This document shows, in pieces, positions 23,830 to 36,764 of a stretch of DNA of 64,000 nucleotides. The notes beneath the pieces were generated by a model. That model was given only the letters and a program-made list of their open reading frames with translations, was not told the DNA's origin and searched no databases. The position numbers and the translations under genes are program-made. Every line of letters starts with the position of its first letter. The stretch's first letter is position 1. The stretch is taken from positions 62,001 through 126,000 of the forward strand of contig NW_027596540.1 in the NCBI RefSeq assembly GCF_964194155.1. The letters run 5' to 3'. The stretch comes from Cetorhinus maximus (taxonomy: Eukaryota).

Positions 23830-24640
23830 AACAGAGTCACATAGAGTTATACAGTACAGAAATAGGCCCTTCGGCCTATTGGGACTGTGCCGGCCATCAA
23901 GCACCTGTCTATTCTAAACCCATATTCCACCACCTGGCCCGTAGCCCTGTATGCTATGGCTTTTCAAGTGCTCATCTAAATACTTCTTAAATGTTGTGAG
24001 GGTTCCTGCCTCTACCAACCCCTCAGGCAATGTGTTCCAGATTACAACCACCCTTTGGGTGAAAAGAATTTTCCTCAAATCCCCTCTAAACCTCCTGCCC
24101 CTTACCTTAATTCCATGCCCCCTATTATTGACACCTCCGCTAATTATGCCCACCATAATTTTGTAAGCCTCTAATATGTTCCCCTTCAGCCTTCTCTGCT
24201 CTAAAGGAAACAACCCTACAACCCTAGCCTATCCAATCTCTCTTCATAGTTGAAACGGTCCAGCCCAGGCAACATCCTGGTGAATCTGTCCTGCATCCTC
24301 TCCAGTGCAATCACATCCTTCCTATAGTGTGGCGACCAGAACTGCACACAGTACTCCAGCTGTGGCCTAACTAGTGTTTTATACAGCTCCAACATAACCT
24401 CTCTGCTCTTATATTCTACGCCTCCTCTGTACTTCCTAGGGTCCTACCATTCATTATGTATACCCTTGCCGTGTTAGTCCTTTCAACATGCATCACCTCA
24501 CATATCTCAGGGTTACATTCCATTTTCCACTGCTCTGCCCATCTTACCAGCCCATCTATATCATCCTGTAATCTAAGGCTTTTCTCCTCATTATTTACAA
24601 CACCACCAGTTTTTATGTCATCTGTGAACTTACTGACAAC
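23830..24640 (-). mobile_element. CR1 3' region, duplicated at 27470-28372
   Basis: FPLEQRRLKGN...FTQRVV.IWN.LP. Confidence 0.85.
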
Positions 24641-25229
24641 TGAAACTCTGCATCATTTTGAAAGCTGATTTTGTCTCAAACTCCACGAGAAAACTTGATG
24701 AAACCCTTTGGGTGTGGAGCAAACATTTCAGCAATTGTTACTGAAATGGACTTATTCACAAGGAATGAAATAAACATACTTAATTAGAGAACCATAAATA
24801 ATATGTACCATTTAACAACACTAGATATACCTCACCCTATATTAATTTATTGGCCCCTGGGTAACCGCCCCTTTAATTGTGAATATTAAGAAAGAGGCCA
24901 TCCTTTGTCAGACGAATAAATGTGTCAGATTCATTGCGAAGATTGGACAACAGATCCATTGTTGCAGGGTTCGGATAGTAGGTGATGGGCCTTGGTCTTT
25001 CTTAGTTTGCAATCTCTATATCAGTATAACCTTGTCTTCATTTCTTCAGATTCAGACAAAAATTAAGTCAGTTCCAATGAAGAGTCATAGTGGGTTTGAA
25101 ACAATAACCCTGTTTCTCTCTCCACAGATGCTGCCAGAGTTGCTGAGTTTTTCCAGTATTTTCTGTTTTTATTTCAGATTTCCAACATCCGCAGTATTTT
25201 GCTTTTATTTTAATGATCAATGGACTCTG

Positions 25230-26115
25230 GGTCTCTAATGGCATCCGTATTACCCACAGTCCCAAACATCTATAGAAACCGCTCTATCTGCCGCGGGTTG
25301 GCCGGGTGAATTGTGCATGCTCGGAGGGTCCTGGTCTCTTTGTTTGAGGTTGTTCACAGAATCACACAGTGCAGAAGAGGCCCTTCAGCTCTTCAAGTCT
25401 GCACCAACATGTGAGAAACACCTGATCTACCTACCTAATCCCATTTACCCGCACTTGGCCCATGGCCTTGAATGTTATGATGTGCCAAGTGCTCATCCAG
25501 GTACTTTTTAAAGGATGTGAGGCAACCTCCATCACTCTCTCCCAGGCAGCGCATTCTCCACCCTCTGGGTAAAAAAGTTTTTCTTCACATCCTCCCTAAA
25601 CCTCCTGCCCATCACCTTGAACTTATGTCCCATTGTGACTGACCCTTCAACTAAGGGGAACAGCTGCTCCCTATCCGCCCTGTCCATGCCCCTCATCATC
25701 TTGTACACCTCGATCAGGTCGCCCCTCAGTCTTCTCTGCTCCAACGAAAACAACCCAAGTCTATCCAACCTCTCTTCATAACTTAAATGTTAATAAAGGC
25801 AAGTATCCCATATGCCTTCTTAACCACCTTATCTACCTGTCCGGCGGATAGTGAGAGTGGAGAATGTTCATTGTATAATATTCGGCTCTGGGGCCGCACT
25901 CGGGATTTGTAAACCCCGCCCCCCTGCCCGGGGTTTATTCACCCGACTGTTCACGATGCGCGGCTGATTGACGGCGGAGCTAGACCAATAGGAAGAGGGG
26001 GCGGGGTTGGGGGCATAAGCACCGACGGCTGATCCTCCAACCAATTGGAGTGAATGAGGGGCGGGGCTGAGTCCAGATCAGCCTCATTGGCTGAAACTCT
26101 GCATCATTTTGAAAT
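25230..26115. promoter_or_regulatory. CpG promoter module, copy 2, split by a CR1 (25357-25842, minus)
   Basis: Collinear with 19050-19460 on both sides of the CR1. Confidence 0.55.
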
Positions 26116-26154
26116 GGGCAATGGGAGATGTCACAGAGCTGGAAGCAGGCAGCC

Positions 26155-26715
26155 TGGAGTATTGTGTGCAGTTTTCGTCTCCTTACCGAAGAAAGGATAT
26201 ACTTGCCACAGAGGAAATGCCTGCAAAGCTTCACCAGCCTGATTCCTGGGATGGCAGGATTGTTGTATGAGGAGAGTTTTGGGTCGACTAGGGCTGTATT
26301 CACTAGAGTTCAGAAGAATGAGAGGGGACGTCATTGAAATGTATAAAATTCAGACAGAAATGTACAGACTGGATGCAGGGATGATGTTTCCCCTGGCTGG
26401 GTTTGGAGGGGTGGGTGGTGGGGGGCGTCTGGAACAAGGGGTCAGTCTCAGGATATGGTGCAGGCCATTTAGGACTGAGTTGAGGAGAAATTTCTTTGCT
26501 CAGTGCATGGTGAACCTGCGGAATTGTCTACCACAAAAGGCTGTGGAGGCCAAGCCGCTGAATAGATTTCTAGACATGAAAGGCATCAAGGGGTTTGGGG
26601 AAAGAGGGGGAGTATGATGTTGAGGTAGAGGGTCAGCCATGATCATTTGAATGGAAGAGCAGGCTTGAGGGGCCAAATGGCCTACTCCTGCTCCTATTTT
26701 CTATGTTTCTATGTG
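26155..26715 (+). mobile_element. CR1 3' end (duplicate of 19496-20055)
   Basis: ORFs 19609-19959 and 26267-26617 are nearly identical. Confidence 0.85.
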
Positions 26716-27225
26716 TCTTCAGGTCATGAACTCTCTCCTCCATCCTCACCCCTCTTTTATCCTCCTTTTTAAATTTAATTTTATTTATATATATATATTT
26801 CTTTTCTCACTGATTTCTATTATTATTTTTGAAATTTATTTCTATTCATTGTTTATTTTCCACCTTTAAGCCTATTTCGATCCCCTCCCCCACACCTCAC
26901 CCCCACTAGGGCCATCTGTCACTGCTCATCCTGCTTTCCACCCTTAATGTCACCATTAGCACATCCTTTAGCTCATATCACCATTGTCAACACCCCTTTG
27001 ACCGTTTATTTATAACATCTTTTGCAGTCTCTCCTTTGCCTCCACCGATCACTGGCCCTCTATCCAGCTTCACCTGTCCCACCCCCTTTAACAGCTTATA
27101 TTTCACTACATTTCTACTTCTCTTTAGTTCTGATGAAGAGTCATATGGACTCGAAATGTTAACTAGTCTTTCTCTCCACAGATGCTGTCAGACCTGCTGA
27201 GTTTTTCCAGCAATTTTTGCTTTTG
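26716..27225 (+). mobile_element. Penelope-like 3' tail
   Basis: Resembles 23330-23810; ends ctgatgaagagtcatatggactcgaaa...cacagatgctgtcagacctgctgag. Confidence 0.7.
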
Positions 27226-27239
27226 TTCCTGGGTAACCA

Positions 27240-27462
27240 CCCCTTCAATTGTCTGTCTCTGGACACCACTCGCAATGCGCATGCGCACCGATATAAATGG
27301 AGCAGCCATATTGAACATGCTCCAGCTCACAATGCCCGTGTGATTGATGGCAGCTCCAGGCCAGTGGGAGGAAGGAGCGGGACGGAGGACCGATCGGGAG
27401 CAGCAGGCCCCCCATCCAATCGGAGTGAGTGAGGGGCGTGGCTGAGCACGGATCTCCCTCAT
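27240..27462. promoter_or_regulatory. Promoter-module paralog with a perfect NRF1 palindrome
   Basis: TGCGCATGCGCA 27276-27287, GCCATATT, cacaatgcccg.tgattga...ccaatcggagtga.tgaggggcgtgg. Confidence 0.55.
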
Positions 27463-27469
27463 TTGTTGA

Positions 27470-28372
27470 ACAGAGTCACATAGAGTTATACAGTACAGAA
27501 ACAGGCCCTTTGGCCTGTTGGGACTGTGTCGGCCATCAAGCACCTGTCTATTCTAAACCCATATTCCACCACCTGGCCCGTAGCCCTGTATGCTATGGCT
27601 TTTCAAGTGCTCATCTAAATACTTCTTAAATGTTGTGAGGGTTCCTGCCTCTACCAACCCCTCAGGCAGCGTGTTCCAGATTCCTACCACCCTCTGGGTG
27701 AAATTATTTTCCTCAAATCCCCTCTAAGCTTCCTGCCCCTAACCTTAATTCCATGCCCCCTATTATTGACACCTCCGCTAATTATGCCCATCATAATTTT
27801 GTAAGCCTCTAATATGTTCCCCCTCAGCCTTCTCTGCTCTAAGGGAAACAACCCTAGCCTATCCAATCTCTCTTCATAGTTGAAACGGTCCAGCCCAGGC
27901 AACATCCTGGTGAATCTGCCCTGCACCCTTTCCAGTGCAATCACATCCTTCCTGTAGTGTGGCAACCAGAACTGCACTCAGTACTCCAGCTGTGGCCTAA
28001 CTAGTGTTTTATACAGCTCCAACATAACCTCTCTGCTCTTATATTCTACGCCTCAGCTAATAAAGGCAAATATCCCATATGCCTTCTTAACCACTTTATC
28101 TACCTGTGCTGCTGCTTTCAGGGGTCTATGGACATGTACACCAAGGTCACTCTGATCCTCTGTACTTCCTAGGGTCCTACCATTCATTATGTATTCCCTA
28201 GCCATGTTAGTCCTCTCAACATGCATCACCTCACATTTCTTAGGGTTAAATTCCATTTTCCACTGCTCTGCCCATCTTACCAGCCCATCTATATCATCCT
28301 GTAATCTAAGGCTTTCCTCCTCACTATTTACAACACCACCAATTTTTATGTCATCCGTGAACTTACTGGCCA
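27470..28372 (-). mobile_element. CR1 3' region
   Basis: SKFTDDIKIGG...W.MEFNPKKCEVMH; QFWLPHYRKD. Confidence 0.9.
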
Positions 28373-29079
28373 CTGAAACTCTGCATCATTTTGAAAGCTG
28401 ATTTTGTCTCAAACTCCACGAGAAAACATGATGAAACCCTTTGGGTGTGGAGCAAACATTTCAGCAATTGTTACTGAAATGGATTTATTCACAAGGAATG
28501 AAATAAATCTACTTAATTAGAGAACCATATGTACCATTTAACAACACTAGATATACCTCTGCCCTATATCAATTTATTGGCCCCTGGGTAACCGCCCCTT
28601 TAATTGTGAATATTAAGAAAGAGGCCATCCTTTGTCAGACAAATAAATGTGTCAAGCTGGGAAAGCAAAAGATGTCAATGTTTTTAAGAGGGAGAGAGAC
28701 CTGGGCCAAACTTTCCATGGAGCTTATTTGTCACTAAGATTGAGACAATCCGATCAGCTGCCTCTGCTGCTTCCCTCCCTTCCACTGACTCACTGGGCCA
28801 AACTGCCTCTAAAGAGCCCCCTTGCTGCAGCCCTGAATCTGCTTTTTTCTTTAGCTTCTCTCCAATCTTCCCTCATGCTTCTCAGAACTTATCTTTTCCA
28901 TAAAACCCACCTCCTCCATTCCTATTCCAATTGATCACCCAACCTTCCCATGTTCGCTGATATTGTTAACAGCTCTCTCTCTCTTCAGGTACTGTCCTTT
29001 CCTTTAAATCTGCCATAACTACTTATCCTCAATAAAACAAGCCCTTGACCCCAATGTTCTTGCCAACTACCACTCTAAT

Positions 29080-30022
29080 CAAAAACAAAATTACCTGGAA
29101 AAACTCAGCAGGTCTGGCAGCATCGGCGGAGAAGAAAAGAGTTGACGTTTCGAGTCCTCATGACCCTTCAGCAGAACTGAGTGAAGTTAGGAGAGGGGTG
29201 AAATATAAGCTGGTTTAAGGTCGGTTGGTGGTGGGGGGAGAAGTTGGGTGGGTTGTTGTAGGGACAAGCGAGCAGTGATACAGATGATCAAAAGATGTTA
29301 CAGACAAAGGAACAGGGAGGTGTTAAAGGTGGTGATATTATCTAAGAGAATGTGATAATTAAGGATGGATGGCAGGACACTCAAAGTACAGCTCTAGTGG
29401 GGGTGGGGTGGAAAGACTGACAGGGTATTATAGTTATAGATTTAAAAATAATGAAAATAGGTGGGAAAAGAAAAATCTATATAAATTATTGGAAAAAACA
29501 AAAGGGAGGGGGAAGAAACGGAAATGGGGGTGGGGATGGGGGAGGGAGTTTAAGATCTAAAGTTGTTGAATTCAATATTCAGCCCGGAAGGCTGTAAAGT
29601 GCCTAGTCGGAAGATGAGGTGCTGTTCCTCCAGTTTGCGTTGGGCTTCACTGGAACAATGCAGCAAGCCAAGGACAGACATGTGGGCAAGAGAGCAGGGT
29701 GGAGTGTTAAAATGGCAAGCCACAGGGAGGTTTGGGTCTTTCTTGCAGACAGACCGCAGGTGTTCTGCAAAACGGTCGCCCAGTTTGCGTTTGGTCTCTC
29801 CAATGTAGAGGAGACCGCATTGGGAGCAACTAATGCAGTAGACTAAGTTAGAGGAAATACAAGTGAAATGCTGCTTCACTTGAAAGGAGTGTTTGGGCCC
29901 TTGGACGGTGAGGAGAGAGGAAGTGAAGGGGCAGGTGTTGCATCTTCTGCGTGGGCATGGGGAGGTGCCATAGGTGGGGGTTGAGGAGTAGGGGGTAATG
30001 GAGGAGTGGACCAGGGTGTCTC
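29080..30022 (-). mobile_element. Penelope-like element 3' part with an open GIY-YIG endonuclease frame (29550-30020)
   Basis: CPRRRCNTCP...NLVYCISCSQCGLLYIGETKRKLGDRFAEH...LGTLQPSGLN. Confidence 0.9.
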
Positions 30023-30184
30023 TCTCCAATGAAGAGTCATAGTGGGTTTGAAACATTATCTCTTGTTTCTCTCTCCACAGATGCTGCCAGAGTTGCTGAG
30101 TTTTTCCAGTATTTCTGTTTTTATTTCAGATTTCCAACATCTGCAGTAATTTGCTTTTATTTTAATGATCAATGGACTCTGGGT

Positions 30185-31120
30185 CTCTAATGGCATCCAT
30201 ATTACCCACAGTCCCAAACATCTCAGAAACCGCTCTATCTGCCGCGGGTTGGCCAGGTGAATTGTGCATGCTCGGAGGGTCCTGGTCTCTTTGAGGTTGT
30301 TCATAGAATCACACATTGCAGAAGAGGCCCTTCGGCTCTTCAAGTCTGCACCAACACATGAGAAACACCTGACCTACCTACCTAATCCCATTTACCCGCA
30401 CTTGGCCCAAGGCCTTGAATGTTATGATGTGCCAAGTGCTCATCCAGGTACTTTTTAAAGGATGTGAGGCAACCCGCCTCTACCACCCTCCCAGGCAGCG
30501 CATTCTCCACCCTCTGGGTAAAAAAGTTTTTCTTCACATCCTCCCTAAACCTCCTGCCCCTCACCTTGAACTCATGTCCCCTTGTGACTGAGCCTTCAAC
30601 TAAGGGGAACAGCTGCTCCCTATCCACCCTGTCCATGCCCCTCACAATCTTGTACACCTCGATCAGGTCGCCCCTCAGTCTTCTCTGCTCCAACGAAAAC
30701 AACCCAAGTCTATCCAACCTCTCTTCATAACTTAAATGTTAATAAAGGCAAGTATCCCATATGCCTTCTTAACCACCTTATCTACCTGTCCGGCGGATAG
30801 TGAGAGTGGAGAATGTTCATTGTATAATATTCGGCTCTGGGGCCGCACTCGGGATTTGTAAACCCCGCCCCCCCTGCCCGGGGTTTATTAACCCGCTCCC
30901 GACAGTGACCTCTCACCTGACAGCTCACAATGCCCGGCTGATTGACAGCGGTTCCGGGCCAATAGGAAGAGAGAGGCAGGACTAGAGGACCGCGCGGGAG
31001 CGGTTTGCCATCCAACCAATTGGAGTGATAGAGGGGCGGGGCTAGGCCGCGACTGAAGCATGCGCAGTACTAGAACCCGAGCTGGAAGAAGGAGCGGTCG
31101 AGTTCAGATCAACAAAGGGT
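30185..31120 (+). promoter_or_regulatory. CpG promoter module, copy 3 (CR1 at 30302-30790), and likely exon 1 of the 33.5-kb ZNF
   Basis: CCAAT x2-3, GGGGCGGGG, GCATGCGCA; donor aagg|gtgaga at 31119; acceptor AG 33396-33397. Confidence 0.6.
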
Positions 31121-31140
31121 GAGAAATGAAGCCGGCGGCT

Positions 31141-31362
31141 GGAGATTGTGAACCGGGGGGGAGCCTGGAAACCACGCGCGAGCTTGGAGGGCGGGTGGAG
31201 ATTGTGAACTGGGGGGAGCCTGGAAACCACGCGCGAGCTCGGAGGGCGGCTGGAGATTGTGAACCGGGGGGGAGCCTGCACACCGCGCGCGAGCTTGGAG
31301 GGCGGGTGGAGATTGTGAACCGGGGGGGAGCCTGGACACCGCGCGCGAGCTTGGAGGGCGGG
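31141..31362 (+). repeat. GC-rich minisatellite, 4 x 55-56 bp
   Basis: Unit ggagattgtgaaccgggggggagcctggaaaccacgcgcgagcttggagggcgggt, starting at 31141, 31197, 31252 and 31308. Confidence 0.95.
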
Positions 31363-31369
31363 GAGACGG

Positions 31370-31705
31370 TGCCCCAGTGGTAATGCCACTGGGCTGGGGA
31401 CATGGGTTCAAGTCCCAACATAGGACTATGGGTTATTGTCCTTGTGAGTGCAGCACAGTTTTACCTGAATGACACCTGGACTCCAAGAGTCGGTTAATAA
31501 TTTATAAAACTATCAATGATCGTAAAACCCATCTGGTTCACTAATGTCCCTTTAGGGAAGGAAATCTGCCGTCCTTACCAAGTCCGGCCTACATGTGACT
31601 CCAGACCCACAGTGATGTGGTTCACTCTGAAACGGCCCAGCAAGCCACACAGCTCCAGGGCCATTAGGGATGGTCAATGCCCACATCCCATCATAGAATA
31701 AAAAA
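31370..31705 (+). mobile_element. tRNA-derived SINE with CR1-type tail
   Basis: cagtggtaatg / GGTTCAAGTCC head; tail gggccattagggatgg...gcccacatccca shared with the LINE at 42165-43378. Confidence 0.7.
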
Positions 31706-32404
31706 ACACATGGTGTGTGCGGGACTGGAAACCCTGGTAAGAGGCCTGCCTTATGCAGGCAACTGCATTTTGCCATCTTGGGAGGGGAAGGTGGAGTGAA
31801 TGGGTAGTGATATTGGTGAGGGAATTGTCATTTGTGGCAGAAAACTCCAAACTTGTCAAGCTTTGTGTCAACGATTGTTTCCTCATTTCACTGTGAAAGA
31901 CATGGCTACAATTTTTAGACCATGCTCGTCCTCACTTCCCCAGATTCAGACAAAGATTCAGTCAGTTCCAAAGAAGAGTCATAGTCCTAGACTCTGGGGG
32001 CATAGTGTAAACATGAGAGCCAGACCTTCCAGGAGTGAAGTCAGCAAATACTTCTACACACAAAGGGAGGTAGAAGTTAGGAACTCTGTTCCACAAACAG
32101 CAGTTGAGGCGAAATTAAATTTAAATCTGACAGGGACGAGGGACTAAATGGCCAACTCCTAGAATCATAGAAACTTGCAGCACAGAAAGAGCCCATTCAA
32201 CCCTTTATGCTTGTGCTGTTTCTTTGAAAGAGCAGTCATGTTTAGACCCAGACACCCACTTTCTGTTTGAAATCCATATGTTCCTCATTCTCAAATCCCT
32301 GTCAACTTCCTTTTAAAATTCCTTCTAGAGTCAGGTCCCAGCACCTTTTCAGGTAGAGAGTTCCAGATCCTGACAACTCTCTGTTGGTGCAGAAACTGCT
32401 GAAC

Positions 32405-32705
32405 TTGATGTTGAGTCTGGAAGTTTGTAAAATGCCAGATCGAAAGATGAGCTGCTGTTCCTAGAGCTCCCATTGAGCTTCATTGGAACAGTTCAGGAGG
32501 CCAAGGACAGAGAGGTCAGAGTAGGAGTGGGGCGGAGAATTAAAATGACAAGTGACTGGAAGCTCAGGGTCAAGCTCACAGGCTGAACAGAGGTTGTTCC
32601 ACAAAGTGATCACACAATCTGTGTTTGATCTTCCCCATGTCGAGCAGACCACATGATGAGCACTGAATACAGTAACTAAATTGAAAACAATCACAAGTAA
32701 ATGAC
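32405..32705 (-). mobile_element. Penelope GIY-YIG fragment
   Basis: DPELPVTCHFNSPPHSYSDLSVLGLL. Confidence 0.75.
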
Positions 32706-32729
32706 TTTGTTGTAGGCCGAAGAAATATA

Positions 32730-33000
32730 CTTTATTTGAAGAGTAAAGGTTACAAAGTAATTTCCAGAATATTAAACCATCAGTCCAGTTACAGTGATTT
32801 TTAACATCAGCAGAAACAAACCCAAACTATCAGAATGAACAAGGTTCAGTACTGAGTGTGATCAACAGCAACAATAACAGCAGAATCCAACCCCTGGAGT
32901 CAATGCTGAACTCGCTGGTGTATCAGCCAGTTGGATGATGGATTAAATCCCTTCTCACACATGGAGCAGGTTTCCGGCCTGTCCCCAGTGTGAACTTGCT
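32730..33000 (-). pseudogene. Antisense ZNF remnant (last finger, 3' block, AATAAA) inside the presumed intron of the 33.5-kb gene
   Basis: [23 protein letters not shown] then ggggttggattctgctgttatt. Confidence 0.75.
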
Positions 33001-33500
33001 GCTGTGTGTCTTGGAGCTGGTGGCTTCCCCATGCACCAGCTGCTCTTGTCTTTTCAGGTGGTGGGGGTCATGGGCTTGGGAGATTCTGTCAAAATTCCGG
33101 TTGAGCTGCAGATCTATGATCCATCTCCTTTTCCCCTCCTCCACCTCTCACTCTCTCTTCTCCCATAGAGGCCAGAATCTCGTGTAGGCCCAGACCGGGA
33201 GGCAGATTCCCTTCCCTGAAGGACGTTAGTGAACCAATTGGGTTTTTATGACAATCTGGCAGTTTTCATGGTCACATTTTCCTCGTGTCAGCCCCACAAA
33301 TTACCGGATTCGTTCAGCTCAATTTCACAACCTGCCTTTCTGTTTTTGTGGGTTCTCTTTCATATTTCTTTGTTTCTGTTTTGAATTCACGTTACAGAGT
33401 ATGAGAAGGATTTGCAGTCAGGAAGGTCAAACCAAAATCAGATCAAAATCTGCCAGAGTCTATCGATTCATCAGGACCTGAAGATCATCAGCCTTTGAAC

Positions 33501-34538
33501 ATGGAAGCAAAAAGCACCGTTTACACCAGGGAGAAACCGTGGAAATGTGGGGACTGTGGGAAGGGATTCAGATCCCCGTCTAATCTGGAAACTCATCGAC
33601 GCAGTCACACTGGGGAGAGGCCGTTCATCTGCTCCGTGTGTGGGAAGGGATTCACTCAGTTAATCTGCCTTCAGAGACACCAGCGACTTCACACTGGGGA
33701 GAGGCCTTTCACCTGCTCCACGTGTGGAAAAGGATTCACTCGCTCATCCCACCTGCTGGAACACCAGCAAGTTCACACTGACAAGAGAGAGTTTAAATGC
33801 CCCGACTGTGAAAAGAGCTTTAAAAACCCACATGGACTGAGGGAGCACCAGCGCATTCACACTGCGTATGCACCATTCAGCTGCTCACAGCGTGGGAAGA
33901 AGCTCAGGACATCATCCCGCCTTCTGAAACACCTGCGAGTTCACACTGACGAGAGGCCGTTTAAATGTCCAGACTGTGGGAAGTGCTTCAAAAGTTCTGG
34001 GCATCAACAATGTCATCAACGTATTCACACTGATGAGAGACCGTTCAGGTGCTTTCACTGTGGGACTGGGTTCAGGCAACCATCTCATCTCACTGCACAC
34101 CAGCGCACCCACACTGGGGAGAGGCCATTCACCTGCTCTGAGTGTGGGAAGAAATTCACTCAGAAACCCCACCTGCTGAGACACCAGCGAGTTCACACTG
34201 ACGAGAGACCATTTAAATGTCCAGACTGTGGAAAGTGCTTTAAAAGTTCTGGGGATCTGCAATACCACCAACGTATTCACACTGATGAGAAACCATTCAG
34301 ATGCTCTCACTGTGGGACTGGGTTCAGGCAATCATTTCATCTCACTGCACACCAGCGAATTCACACTGGGGAGAGGCCGTTCACCTGCTCTGAGTGTGGG
34401 AAGGGATTCACTCAGTCATCCAACCTGCTGACACACCAGCAAGTTCACACTGGGGAGAAGTCATTCACCTGCTCCAAGTGTGGGAAGGGATTCACACGCT
34501 TATCCTACCTAGTGACACACCAGCGAGTTCACAAGTGA
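33501..34538 (+). CDS. C2H2 zinc-finger protein, 12 fingers (finger 5 has C>R)
   Basis: Intact ORF from aacATGg [16 protein letters not shown]...HQRVHK*. Confidence 0.85.
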   Translation: MEAKSTVYTREKPWKCGDCGKGFRSPSNLETHRRSHTGERPFICSVCGKGFTQLICLQRHQRLHTGERPFTCSTCGKGFTRSSHLLEHQQVHTDKREFKCPDCEKSFKNPHGLREHQRIHTAYAPFSCSQRGKKLRTSSRLLKHLRVHTDERPFKCPDCGKCFKSSGHQQCHQRIHTDERPFRCFHCGTGFRQPSHLTAHQRTHTGERPFTCSECGKKFTQKPHLLRHQRVHTDERPFKCPDCGKCFKSSGDLQYHQRIHTDEKPFRCSHCGTGFRQSFHLTAHQRIHTGERPFTCSECGKGFTQSSNLLTHQQVHTGEKSFTCSKCGKGFTRLSYLVTHQRVHK

Positions 34539-35269
34539 TTACAGGGGTTGGATTCTGCTGTTATTGCTGCTGTTAATCACATCCTGGACTGAATCATATT
34601 CATTCTGAAAGTTGGGGTTGATCTCAAATGTCAGTTGCCCAGTTTAGACTTAGCGTGTACCCACGCCATCTCTCAATCATGTGACTAGATCATCATGTCT
34701 GCAAACCTCGTTTTCAATGTACATCACTCAAATTGTATTGAACTAAAGATGAACAATGAGCAGATCACAGTGCAACCCTGCAGCTCTATATTGACTGGAG
34801 AAAGTCTGTTCTGTAACTCGAGGATGAAGCTTGGTAAGCTCTGAATGTTTGTAATTACAAGTAGGCTCAAGCTATTTGAGAGATGGGCTGTTCAAAACTG
34901 TTAACTTGTCAGATATTGAAGGAATTACTCTGAAAATAAACTCACCAATTGATAACCTCAGACTCTGCTCCCTGCTGTAATTAATACTCAGCATCCATTC
35001 GTGCTGATTTACGGTGAATTACTGAATATCCTGTGGAGTCTTTGTTCTTTGTTTTGTGAAATAGCTCTCCCCATTAGTGCTGAACTGCTGGATAACTCTG
35101 ATTACATTTCGACATGTCTAGAAAGGGTCTGTGTGCCCACATTTCACTGTGATTTGTAAACAATAAACAATGTTCATGGCCTGACTTGTCGTCTGGTATC
35201 CGGGTGATTTGTGAAGAAAGATTTAATTCACTCACTCAGCACCTTGAGGGGAACCAGACTGAGGTTTAA

Positions 35270-36645
35270 TGAACATAAAAAATAGGAGTAGGAAGAGGCC
35301 ATTTGGCCCATTAAGTCTGCTCTGCTATTCGATATGATCATGGTTGATCTTCTACCTTAGATCCACACTCCCCATAAACCTTAATTCCCCTTGTACCCAA
35401 AACTCTGTCGACCTCAGTCTTAAATATAACTGAGAGCCAAGGATGCCTGGGATAGAAAGTTCCAAAGATTTACAACTGAGTGAAGAAATTCCTCCTCATC
35501 TCAGTCCTAAATGGTCGACCCCTTATTCTGAGACTGATCCCCGTGTTCTAAATTCACCAGATGGGAAACATTTTCTCAGCATCTACCCTGTCAGGCCATT
35601 TAAGAATGTTTCAGTTAGATCGCTCAATCTTCCAAACTCCATTCAATATAGGCCGAGTCTGCTCTATCTCTCCTCATGGGACAATCTCCTCATCCCAGGA
35701 ACTAGCCTGGTGAACATTGGTTTCACTCCCTCTAGGGCAAGTGTGTCCTTCCTTAGGTAAGGAGACTAAACCCGCAAACAGTACTCCAGGTGATGCCTCA
35801 CCAATGCTCTGAGTAATTGTAGTAAGACATATTTACTCTTATACGCCAATCCCTTTGTAATAAAAGCTGACAGACCATTTACCATTTGCTTGCTGTACCT
35901 GCATGTTAACTTTCTGTGATTCACGTACAAGAACAGCCAGGTCCCTCGGAATGTAAATATTTCCCAGTCTCTCACCATTCGAAAAATATTCTTTCTTATA
36001 TTTTTCCTACCAAAGTGGATAACTTCACACTTCACCATGTTGTATTCCATCTGCCACGTTCTTACCGAACCTGTCTATATCCCTCTGCAGCCTTTTTGTG
36101 TCCTCCTCAACACTTACTTTCCCACCCAACATTGTATCGTCAGAAAACCTGGATATATTACACTCAGTCTCCTCATCTAAGTCATTGGTATCGATTGTAA
36201 ATGGCTGAGGCACAACAACTGATCCTTGTGGTACCTGCTAGTCACAGCCTGCCAACCTAAAAATGTCCTGTTTATTCCCACTCTCTATTTTCTGACCATT
36301 AACCATTCCTCAGTCCATGCTCAGATACCCCCCAAACACCAGACCGAATTTTGTGTAATGACCTCTTGTGTGGCCCCTTATCAAATGCTTTTTGAAAATC
36401 CAAATACACAACATCTTCTGATACCCTCATTATCCTCCTTACTTATTACATTTTCAAAAAGCTGTGAACAGATTTGTCAAACATGATCTCCCTTTCATAA
36501 ATCCATATTGGCTCTGCTCAATCAGTTAATGATTTTCTAAATGCCCTGTTACCACATCCCTCACGATAGATTCCTACATTTTGTCAATTACTGATGTTAG
36601 ACTGACTGATCTCTAGTTCCCCATTTTCTCTCTTCCTCCTTTTCA
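35270..36645 (-). mobile_element. CR1 ORF2 RT-to-3' fragment
   Basis: NDLDEETECNISRFSDDT, KCEVIHFGRKN, LVRHHLEYC. Confidence 0.9.
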
Positions 36646-36764
36646 GAAAAGTGAGATGTTTGCTACCAAGGCTGGGAGAGACACTTTGGAAGGTATGGGG
36701 AGCTGGGACTTGTCCATGAGAGTAACCAAAGGTCTAGGTCCTGAAATAATTCAGAGTGACGATG

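Noticed and set aside
29550-30056. Domesticated GIY-YIG nuclease gene
   Set aside because: 5'-truncated Penelope copy; its start codon comes from an adjacent repeat tail and no promoter is evident
31141-31362. CRISPR-like regular repeat
   Set aside because: Head-to-tail units with no unique spacers, no cas genes, vertebrate context
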